Source of the DNA: Chloroflexota bacterium | Lineage (GTDB): Bacteria; Chloroflexota; Limnocylindria; Limnocylindrales; CSP1-4 | Direction: 5' to 3' | Length of the DNA: 64,000 nt | Assembly: GCA_015478725.1 (NCBI GenBank) | Contig: JADMIG010000002.1 | Location: forward strand, 57,254-121,253 | Shown here: positions 56,885 to 64,000 of the stretch, in pieces | How positions within the stretch are numbered: position 1 is the stretch's first letter | How the letters are laid out: each line of letters begins with the position of its first letter | Program-made: the position numbers and the translations under genes | Notes under the pieces: model-generated | Seen by the model: only the letters and a program-made list of their open reading frames with translations | Told to the model about the DNA's origin: nothing | Database searches by the model: none

Positions 56885-59680
56885 ATGCAACTCGACCGCT
56901 TCACGGAAAAGGCCCAGGAGGCGATCGTCGCCGCCCAGCAGCTGGCCCAGACGCTCCAGAGCCCTGTCCTCGACGCGGAGCACATCCTCGCCGCCCTCGT
57001 CGAGCCCGACGACGGGATACCGGCCGAGACGCTCCGCCGGCTCGGCGTGGACCTGCCCGTGTTCCGCGGCGAGCTCGCGGCACTCCTCGCCCGACGGCCG
57101 CGTCTCCAGGGCGGGTCGCTCACGGTGGATCGGCGGGCGAGCCGGGCGATCGAGCTCGCCCAGGCGCAGGCGCGTCGCCTCGCCGACGAGTACGTCTCGA
57201 CGGAGCATCTCCTCCTCGGCGTAGCCGAGGTCGGTGGCGACGGAGCGGCGCTCCTCGAGCGCGACGGGGCCGGCATGGAGGCGATGCTCGCCGCCCTCCA
57301 GGGTGTCCGCGGCAGCCAGCGCGTCACGAGCCCGACGCCCGAGACCACGTATCAGGCCCTCGCGAAGTACGGCCGCGACCTGACCGCGGAGGCGCGGGCC
57401 GGCAGGCTCGATCCGGTGGTCGGCCGCGACGAGGAGATCCGACGGGTCATCCAGGTCCTGAGCCGGCGGACGAAGAACAACCCGGTGCTCATCGGCGAGC
57501 CGGGGGTCGGCAAGACGGCGATCGCCGAGGGCCTCGCCCAGCGGATCGTCCGCGGCGACGTGCCGGAGACGCTCAAGGACAAGCGCGTCGTCTCGCTCGA
57601 TCTCGGCGCCCTCATCGCCGGGGCGAAGTTCCGCGGCGAGTTCGAGGAGCGGCTCAAGGCCGTACTCAAGGAGATCAGGGACGCCGAGGGCCGGGTCATC
57701 CTCTTCATCGACGAGCTCCACACGGTCGTCGGCGCAGGCGCCGCCGAGGGCGCGATGGACGCCTCGAACCTGCTCAAGCCGATGCTCGCCCGGGGCGAGC
57801 TCCACACGATCGGCGCGACCACACTCGACGAGTACCGCCGGCACATCGAGAAGGACGCGGCGCTCGAGCGTCGCTTCCAGCCCGTCCTCGTCGATCAGCC
57901 GAGCGTCGAGGAGACGATCAGCATCCTTCGCGGCCTGCGCGAGCGCTACGAGGTCCACCACGGTGTACGGATCACCGACTCGGCCCTCGTGGCGGCAGCG
58001 GCGCTCTCCGACCGATACATCAGCGGCCGGTTCCTGCCGGACAAGGCGATCGACCTCGTCGACGAGGCGGCAAGCCGGCTCCGGATGGAGATCGACTCGA
58101 TGCCGGTCGAGCTGGACGAGCTCGAGCGACGGCAGATCCAGCTCGAGATCGAGCGGGAAGCCCTCCGCAAGGAGAAGGACGACGCGTCCAGGACGCGCCT
58201 CGCCGCCCTCGAGCGCGAGCTCGCCGACCTCGAGGAGGAGAGCGGCGGGATGAAGCAGCGCTGGGAGGCCGAGAAGACCGCCATCGCCGCGCTCCGCGCC
58301 ACGAAGTCGGAGCTCGAGAGCGCCCAGGTCCGCATCGAGCAGGCCGAGCGGGAGGCCGATTACGGGACGGCCGCTCAGCTCAAGTACGGGACCCTCGTCG
58401 AGCTCCAGGAGCGGCTCCGGACACAGGCTGCCGCGCTCGCCGCGCTCCAGGGGCCCGGCCGTCTCCTCAAGGAGGAGGTGGGGGCGGATGACATCGCCGG
58501 GATCGTCGCTTCGTGGACCGGCATCCCCGTGACCCGGCTCCTGGAGGGCGAGACCGCCAAGCTCGTCCACATGGAGGAGCGGCTCCACGAGCGAGTCGTC
58601 GGCCAGGACGAGGCGATCGCCGCCGTCTCGGACGCGGTCCGTCGTGCTCGGGCTGGTCTGCGGGATCCGCGCCGTCCGATCGGATCCTTCCTCTTCCTCG
58701 GCCCGACCGGTGTCGGAAAGACCGAGCTCGCTCGTGCCCTCGCCGAGTTCCTCTTCGACGACGAGACGGCGATGGTCCGCCTCGACATGAGCGAGTACCT
58801 CGAGAAGTTCTCGGTCTCGCGGCTCGTCGGCGCCCCACCCGGCTACATCGGCTACGAGGAAGGGGGGCAGCTGACCGAAGCGGTCCGCCGGAGGCCGTAC
58901 CAGGTCGTCCTCCTCGATGAGATCGAAAAGGCCCACCCGGACGTCTTCAACGTCCTCCTCCAGGTCCTCGACGACGGTCGTCTCACGGATGGCCAGGGTC
59001 GCACGGTCGACTTCAGGAACACCGTCCTCATCATGACCAGCAACGTCGGATCCCAGTTCATCGCCGGATTCAGCGGCACCACGGACGCTCGGGCGGCCGC
59101 CGCCTACGAGCAGATGAAGGCGCAGGTGACCGAATCGCTCCGCCTCCAGTTCCGGCCGGAGTTCCTCAACCGGATCGACGAGATCATCGTCTTCCACGCC
59201 CTGACGGAAGCCGACCTCGCGGCGATCGTCGATCTCCTCCTCGCCGACCTGTCGCGCCGGCTCGCGAGCCAGGACCTCGGCCTCGAGCTCACCGCCGCCG
59301 CTCGTTCCCTCATCGCCCGAGAGGGGCATGATCCGGCGTTCGGCGCACGCCCGCTCAAGCGGACGATCCAGCGACTCGTCGAGAACCCGTTCGCCCGGGC
59401 GCTCCTCCAGGGGCAGTTCAGGCCCGGTGACCACGTCGCCGCCGATGCCGACGTCATCGGCGGCACGATCGTCTTCTCGACGGACGCGGCCTCCGTGACG
59501 GTGGACGCCGGCGACCACCGCGATGCGCGATCGCCGAGCGGGGCCGGGCCGGCGGCACGTGGCGCGGGCGAGCCCGGCGGCGGGGACGGCCGCGCGACGC
59601 GACGGCGCTCCCCGCTGGACCTTCCCGACGTGGATGGCGACCGGCCTCGCGAGCGCGAGGGCGGCGAGCTCGTGAACTGA
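56885..59680 (+). CDS. clpB: ATP-dependent chaperone ClpB (with a ~70-aa charged C-terminal extension)
   Basis: Two AAA+ modules ([18 protein letters not shown]), a long middle coiled-coil, and Clp N-domain repeats. Confidence 0.9.
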   Translation: MQLDRFTEKAQEAIVAAQQLAQTLQSPVLDAEHILAALVEPDDGIPAETLRRLGVDLPVFRGELAALLARRPRLQGGSLTVDRRASRAIELAQAQARRLADEYVSTEHLLLGVAEVGGDGAALLERDGAGMEAMLAALQGVRGSQRVTSPTPETTYQALAKYGRDLTAEARAGRLDPVVGRDEEIRRVIQVLSRRTKNNPVLIGEPGVGKTAIAEGLAQRIVRGDVPETLKDKRVVSLDLGALIAGAKFRGEFEERLKAVLKEIRDAEGRVILFIDELHTVVGAGAAEGAMDASNLLKPMLARGELHTIGATTLDEYRRHIEKDAALERRFQPVLVDQPSVEETISILRGLRERYEVHHGVRITDSALVAAAALSDRYISGRFLPDKAIDLVDEAASRLRMEIDSMPVELDELERRQIQLEIEREALRKEKDDASRTRLAALERELADLEEESGGMKQRWEAEKTAIAALRATKSELESAQVRIEQAEREADYGTAAQLKYGTLVELQERLRTQAAALAALQGPGRLLKEEVGADDIAGIVASWTGIPVTRLLEGETAKLVHMEERLHERVVGQDEAIAAVSDAVRRARAGLRDPRRPIGSFLFLGPTGVGKTELARALAEFLFDDETAMVRLDMSEYLEKFSVSRLVGAPPGYIGYEEGGQLTEAVRRRPYQVVLLDEIEKAHPDVFNVLLQVLDDGRLTDGQGRTVDFRNTVLIMTSNVGSQFIAGFSGTTDARAAAAYEQMKAQVTESLRLQFRPEFLNRIDEIIVFHALTEADLAAIVDLLLADLSRRLASQDLGLELTAAARSLIAREGHDPAFGARPLKRTIQRLVENPFARALLQGQFRPGDHVAADADVIGGTIVFSTDAASVTVDAGDHRDARSPSGAGPAARGAGEPGGGDGRATRRRSPLDLPDVDGDRPREREGGELVN

Positions 59681-59682
59681 TC

Positions 59683-60330
59683 GTGCGCCTCGAGGGCGCG
59701 ATCGCCCGCCTCGAGCGCCTCCGCGACGGTGGTGGCGGGCCGCTGCCCCGCGGCCCCGAGATCCTCATGCCCAGGTTCACCGATGGTCGCAGGGGGCCCC
59801 GCCTCGACATCCCGCCCGGTGCGCGGCAGGCGGCGGTGCTGGTGCTCGTCCATCCATCGGACGACGGCGAGGCACGGGTCGTCCTCACCGAACGGACGAC
59901 CTACGAGGGCCTCCACAGCGGTGAGGTGAGCTTCCCCGGCGGCAAGTCGGAGCCGGACGACCTGGATGCGGCCGCGACCGCGCTGCGCGAGGCGACCGAG
60001 GAGGTCGGGCTCGACGCGGCAGCGGCGCACGTCTCGGTCCTCGGGGTGCTCGAGGAAGTGTGGATCCCGGTGAGCGACTTCCGGATCATCCCGGTCGTCG
60101 CCGTCGCCGAGCGGCGGCCGGCGCTGGTCGCCGCACCGGCGGAGGTGGCCCGCATCCTCACGCCGCCCCTCGAGGCGTTCCTCCCGGGCGCTCCGATCGA
60201 GGTGCTGGACCGGATGGTCCGCGACTGGCCACTCCGCTTCGGGGGCTACCGCATCGACGGGCTCCACGTATGGGGCGCGACCGCCCGGATCCTCGGTCAG
60301 CTCGGCGCGGTCCTCGGCGCGGATCAGTAG
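59683..60330 (+). CDS. NUDIX hydrolase (CoA pyrophosphatase-like)
   Basis: Nudix box GGKSEPDDLDAAATALREATEEVGL. GTG start 3 nt after the clpB stop. Confidence 0.75.
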   Translation: MRLEGAIARLERLRDGGGGPLPRGPEILMPRFTDGRRGPRLDIPPGARQAAVLVLVHPSDDGEARVVLTERTTYEGLHSGEVSFPGGKSEPDDLDAAATALREATEEVGLDAAAAHVSVLGVLEEVWIPVSDFRIIPVVAVAERRPALVAAPAEVARILTPPLEAFLPGAPIEVLDRMVRDWPLRFGGYRIDGLHVWGATARILGQLGAVLGADQ

Positions 60331-60788
60331 GGCTCTCCTTCGCGGGCGGTCGGCTCGCGTGGCCGATCGCGGGCCGCGAGTCCGCCGATCGCCGGCGCGT
60401 CCCGGGTGGACGAGGCGAGTGCTGGACGTGCCACGCCCTCGAGGACCGCCCGGCCCGTCTCGTCATCGGCGGCGAACTCGACGACGATCGCCCGCATCTC
60501 GGAGTGCTCCGTCCAGGCCGCATGGAGAACGTCCGCGGGCCAGAGCACCGCCTCGCCGGCATTCACCCGCGAGCGCTCCTCGCCGACCGCGACCCAGCCG
60601 CCGCCTTCGATGACGACGAACCACGTCGTGTTCGGATTCGAGTGCGGAGCGATGTGGGCGCTGCGAGCGAAGGCGAACTCGGCGATCGAGCCGCGTCCGT
60701 CGGCGTGGACGACGACCCCGGTCAGGCCGGTCGTGCCGGCCGGGCCCTCCGGACGACGATGCCCGACGCCGAACCGAACGACCTCCAC
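60324..60788 (-). CDS. Cupin-domain protein
   Basis: 154 aa. Two cupin motifs around HSNPNTTWFVVIEGGG and GEAVLWPADVLHAAW. Confidence 0.6.
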   Translation of the reverse strand: MEVVRFGVGHRRPEGPAGTTGLTGVVVHADGRGSIAEFAFARSAHIAPHSNPNTTWFVVIEGGGWVAVGEERSRVNAGEAVLWPADVLHAAWTEHSEMRAIVVEFAADDETGRAVLEGVARPALASSTRDAPAIGGLAARDRPREPTAREGEPY

Positions 60789-60795
60789 GGCCGGT

Positions 60796-61269
60796 TCAGC
60801 GCCGCTTGCGGCCGCGCTTCGACGGGGCCACCCGGACGGGCTTGGCCGAGGCGCGCCCGGTGGCCTTGGGGCGGATGGTCGACTCCGGATGAGCGTATTT
60901 GGTGCGCGTGAAGTAGCGCTGCTTGGCGAGCTTGAGCTCGTACGCCGCGAGGACCGGCGGGAAGTGCGAGAAGCGGATCCAGACGAAGACGGCCAGGCCG
61001 ATGGTGAGCGTGACCGGCACGAAGAAGAAGTCGAAGACGAAGACCGAGAAGACGAGGACGAGGCTGAACGTGATGATCCCGGTCCAGAGGAGCCACTCGT
61101 ACAGGTCGAGGTACGGGGGGTGACCGTGGAGCCGCCGCGTGCGGAGGTTGTACATCGCGACGAGGACGACGAGCCAGACGAGGGACGCGACGACGATCGG
61201 GATGAAGAGGTCGTGGAAGTTCCGGCTGTTGAACGGCAGGAACAGGTAGTCCCACGGGGCGAGCTTCAC
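60796..61269 (-). CDS. Small membrane protein with a Lys/Arg-rich C-terminal tail (lower-GC codon usage)
   Basis: GTG start (VKLAPWDYLF...). Three TM helices. Tail ...RPKATGRASAKPVRVAPSKRGRKRR. The 617-aa track ORF is mostly antisense to purH. Confidence 0.5.
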   Translation of the reverse strand: MKLAPWDYLFLPFNSRNFHDLFIPIVVASLVWLVVLVAMYNLRTRRLHGHPPYLDLYEWLLWTGIITFSLVLVFSVFVFDFFFVPVTLTIGLAVFVWIRFSHFPPVLAAYELKLAKQRYFTRTKYAHPESTIRPKATGRASAKPVRVAPSKRGRKRR

Positions 61270-61404
61270 GGTCGACTGGGTCCTCCACGCGATCGCCGCC
61301 CGGACGGGTCCAGAGTCCGGTCGGCGGGCCCGAGTATGCCACGGACCCGGGTATACTCGCGCCGGACCGGGACGGATCCCGCCGCCGAATGGGAGGAAAC
61401 CGGG

Positions 61405-62952
61405 GTGCGTGCCCTGCTCTCCGTGGCCGACCGTGACGGGATCTCGACCTTGGCTCGCGACCTCCGCACGCTCGATGTCGAGATGTTCGCGACGGATGGG
61501 ACCCGCGAGCACCTCGCGGCGGACGGCATCGAGGTCCGCGCCGTCTCGGACCTGACGAATGTCCCGCCGCTCGTCGGCGGCCAGGTCAAGACGTTCCATC
61601 CCGCGGTCTACGCGGGGATCCTCGCGCGGCGCGACGTGCCGGCCCAGCTCGAGCAGCTGGCGGAGCACGGCATCGGCCTGATCGACATCGTCGTCGTCAA
61701 CGTCAAGGCGTTCGCCCCGGAGGTGGGAGCCCGCCTCGTGCGGATCGACGAGGCCATCGAGATGATCGACATCGGCGGGGCGGCCCTCCTCGGCGCCGCG
61801 GCGCGGAACAGTGCCGGCGTGGCCGCCGTCGCGAGCCCGCGCCACTACCCGCAGCTCATCGCCGAGCTGCGAGCGTTCAGCGGCGTCTCGGCCGAGTTCC
61901 GCCAGCTCCTCGCCGCCGACGCGTTCGGCGCGATCGCCGCCTACCACGCGGAGATCGCCGCCTATCTCAATCAGGTGAGCGGCAAGACATTCCCCACCCG
62001 GCTCGCCATGGTCCTCGAGAAGGTGGAGGACCTCCGCTACGGCGAGAATCCCCACCAACGGGCGGCGTTCTACCGGGAGACGACGCATCGAAGCGGGACC
62101 CTCGCGGACGGGGCTCGACTGCAGGGCGCCGCGCCGTCCTTCAACAACCTGCTCGACCTCGACGCGGCATATCGGATCGCGTCGGACTACACCGGGCCGA
62201 CGGTCGTGATCGGGAAGCACACGGACCCGGTCGGGATCGCGTCGCACGACGAGCTCGTCGAAGCGTACCGGCACGCCCTCGAGACGGATCCCGTCGCGAG
62301 CTTCGGTGGCATCGTGGCGGTGAACCGGACGCTCGATGGGGCGACCGCCCGGGAGATCGCCGCCAACAGTTACGAGGCGGTCATCGCGCCGGGCTTCACC
62401 GACGCGGCGTTCGGCATCCTCCGCGGCAAGGCGGGCCTCGAGCTCCTGTCCGTGCCCCCGGATCCCACGGACGGGATGCGCGACTACGGGATCGCCTCCC
62501 TCGACTTCAAGCGCGTCGCCGGCGGCCTCCTCGTCGAGACGTTGGACGACCTCGGGCTCGACAAGGGACAGCTCCAGGTCGTGACGCGGCGACGACCGAC
62601 GCTCGAGGAGCTCACGGACCTCCTCTTCGCCTGGCGGGCAGTTCGCCACGTCCGCTCGAATGCGATCGTCCTCGGCCGCGGCGGTGCGACCGTCGGGATC
62701 GGCGCGGCCCAGGCGAGCCGCCAGGTCGCCGTGGAGATCGCCCTCCGACGCGCGGGCGACCGTGCCAGGACCGCGGTCATGGCGTCGGACGCATATTTCC
62801 CGTTCCCGGACGGCATCCAGGCCGCCGCGAACGCGGGCGTCACGGCGATCATCCAGCCGGGTGGATCAATCCGCGACGAGATGGCGATCGAGGCCGCCGA
62901 CCGCCACCACCTCGCGATGGTCTTCACCGGCCGTCGCCACTTCCGCCACTGA
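61405..62952 (+). CDS. purH: Bifunctional AICAR transformylase / IMP cyclohydrolase
   Basis: GTG start with a GGGAGGA RBS. MGS-like N-domain [13 protein letters not shown]...[13 protein letters not shown] and AICARFT C-domain. The track ORF 60406.. is an artefactual N-terminal extension. Confidence 0.9.
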   Translation: MRALLSVADRDGISTLARDLRTLDVEMFATDGTREHLAADGIEVRAVSDLTNVPPLVGGQVKTFHPAVYAGILARRDVPAQLEQLAEHGIGLIDIVVVNVKAFAPEVGARLVRIDEAIEMIDIGGAALLGAAARNSAGVAAVASPRHYPQLIAELRAFSGVSAEFRQLLAADAFGAIAAYHAEIAAYLNQVSGKTFPTRLAMVLEKVEDLRYGENPHQRAAFYRETTHRSGTLADGARLQGAAPSFNNLLDLDAAYRIASDYTGPTVVIGKHTDPVGIASHDELVEAYRHALETDPVASFGGIVAVNRTLDGATAREIAANSYEAVIAPGFTDAAFGILRGKAGLELLSVPPDPTDGMRDYGIASLDFKRVAGGLLVETLDDLGLDKGQLQVVTRRRPTLEELTDLLFAWRAVRHVRSNAIVLGRGGATVGIGAAQASRQVAVEIALRRAGDRARTAVMASDAYFPFPDGIQAAANAGVTAIIQPGGSIRDEMAIEAADRHHLAMVFTGRRHFRH

Positions 62953-62953
62953 G

Positions 62954-63949
62954 ATGGAGCAGGTCCTCGCGCTCGACATGGTCCGCGTGACGGAGGCGGC
63001 CGCCATCGCCTCCGCCCGCTACATGGGCCGCGGCGATCGGATGGGGGCGGATCGCGCGGCGACCGAGGCGATGCGCCGCACGATGGACGAGCTCGAGATG
63101 GCCGGCACGATCGTCATCGGCGAGGGCGAGCGCGACGAGGCGCCGATGCTCTACATCGGCGAGCAGGTCGGCCGCCTGGCCGGCCGGCCGGGCGCCGATC
63201 CCGGGGAGGGACAGGCGATCGATATCGCCGTCGATCCGCTCGAGGGGACGAACCTCGTCGCGATGGGCCAGTCCAACGCGATCACGGTGCTCGCCGCCTC
63301 GGAGCGGGGTGGGTTGCTGCACGCACCGGACACGTACCTCGAGAAGCTGTGCGTCGGACCGGTCGCGGCCGGTCGCGTCGACATCCGCCTCTCGCCGACG
63401 GAGAACGTCGGGCGGATCGCGTCGGCCCTCGGGCGGAGCGTCTCGGATATCACCGTGGTCATCCTCGACCGACCGCGTCACGAGACGCTCATCGCGGAGG
63501 TCCGCGATGCCGGTGCCAGGATCAAGCTCATCAGCGACGGCGACCTCTCGGCGGCGATCTCGTGCGCGGTGTCCGGCACCGGCGTCCATGCCGTCATGGG
63601 CATCGGCGGCGCGCCCGAGGGCGTCATCACGGCCGCCGCGCTCCGCTGTCTCGGCGGCGAGATCCAGGCCCGCTTCCGCTTCCGCAACGACGAGGAGCGA
63701 CGGCGGGCGGTCGCGATGGGCCACGGCGACGAGGACCATGTCTACACGACCGAGGAGCTCGCGTCCGGAGAGAACCTCGTGTTCGCCGCCACCGGCGTGA
63801 CGGAGGGGGACCTGCTCCAGGGCGTCCGGTTCTTCGGCGGCGGAGCCCGGACCCACTCGCTCGTGATGGCCTACCGGACGAAGCAGGTCCGCTTCGTCGA
63901 CACCGTTCACATGTTCGACCGCAACCGACCCCCGAGCGTCCGCCTGTAG
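62954..63949 (+). CDS. glpX: Fructose-1,6-bisphosphatase class II
   Basis: [41 protein letters not shown]... is the canonical GlpX N-terminus. The track ORF 62660.. is read-through from purH. Confidence 0.9.
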   Translation: MEQVLALDMVRVTEAAAIASARYMGRGDRMGADRAATEAMRRTMDELEMAGTIVIGEGERDEAPMLYIGEQVGRLAGRPGADPGEGQAIDIAVDPLEGTNLVAMGQSNAITVLAASERGGLLHAPDTYLEKLCVGPVAAGRVDIRLSPTENVGRIASALGRSVSDITVVILDRPRHETLIAEVRDAGARIKLISDGDLSAAISCAVSGTGVHAVMGIGGAPEGVITAAALRCLGGEIQARFRFRNDEERRRAVAMGHGDEDHVYTTEELASGENLVFAATGVTEGDLLQGVRFFGGGARTHSLVMAYRTKQVRFVDTVHMFDRNRPPSVRL

Positions 63950-64000
63950 GGACGATCTGACCGGACCGCCGGCGCAGGCGCTCCGCGCTCAGTCTCCGAG

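Noticed and set aside
56741-59518. 925-aa minus-strand ORF
   Set aside because: Antisense to clpB.
1-64000. CRISPR arrays, rRNA genes, intact transposase or integrase genes
   Set aside because: None found on inspection. The only repeats are the two short tandem arrays, the tRNA-end 17-mer and the IS630 remnant pair.

Overview
This is a high-GC (~70%) chromosomal segment, most likely from an actinobacterium. Supporting signs are a mycothiol-type Mca/MshB-like deacetylase, a SigR/RsrA-like sigma/anti-sigma pair, HspR, an actinobacterial IS630 subfamily, and leaderless start codons. Most of the window is ordinary housekeeping and metabolism: partial ribokinase with an SDR, a CoA-transferase, YbaK, ltaE, a DUF885 protein, a HisA-like gene, two cyclophilins, a livJHMGF-type ABC transporter, hpt, csoR, rsmG, a permease, a usp–trkA–trkA cluster, an hspR–lon–dnaJ-like–clpB heat-shock cluster, purH and glpX. 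Two tRNAs are present: tRNA-Asp(GTC) on the minus strand near 5.45 kb and tRNA-Arg(CCG) at 11399..11474. The clearly accessory part lies from about 10.4 to 17.6 kb, around tRNA-Arg. Upstream of the tRNA sit degenerate IS630-family transposase fragments and a promoter/terminator-bounded candidate sRNA. Downstream sits a lower-GC island. It opens with an exact 17-bp direct repeat of the tRNA 3' end (attL/attR-like) and carries a DUF1801 gene and a frameshifted NmrA-like pseudogene. It continues with a nucleotidyltransferase plus winged-HTH gene pair (candidate novel toxin-antitoxin or defence module), a leaderless vapBC pair and hipBA. A second IS630 remnant at 25.8–26.3 kb shares a ~220-bp repeat in inverted orientation with the first. 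The pair brackets ~14.5 kb that contains the island, a SigR/RsrA-like redox module with an ArsM-like methyltransferase, and a large LAL-family regulator. Other points of note are three DnaA-box 9-mers upstream of rsmG, a HAIR-like inverted repeat in the promoter that fronts hspR–lon–dnaJ–clpB, two frameshifted pseudogenes, a NYN-domain protein with a very long RG-rich tail, and two short tandem-repeat arrays. No CRISPR array, rRNA or intact transposase was found. Many long ORFs in the six-frame track are antisense or GC-skew artefacts and were not called.
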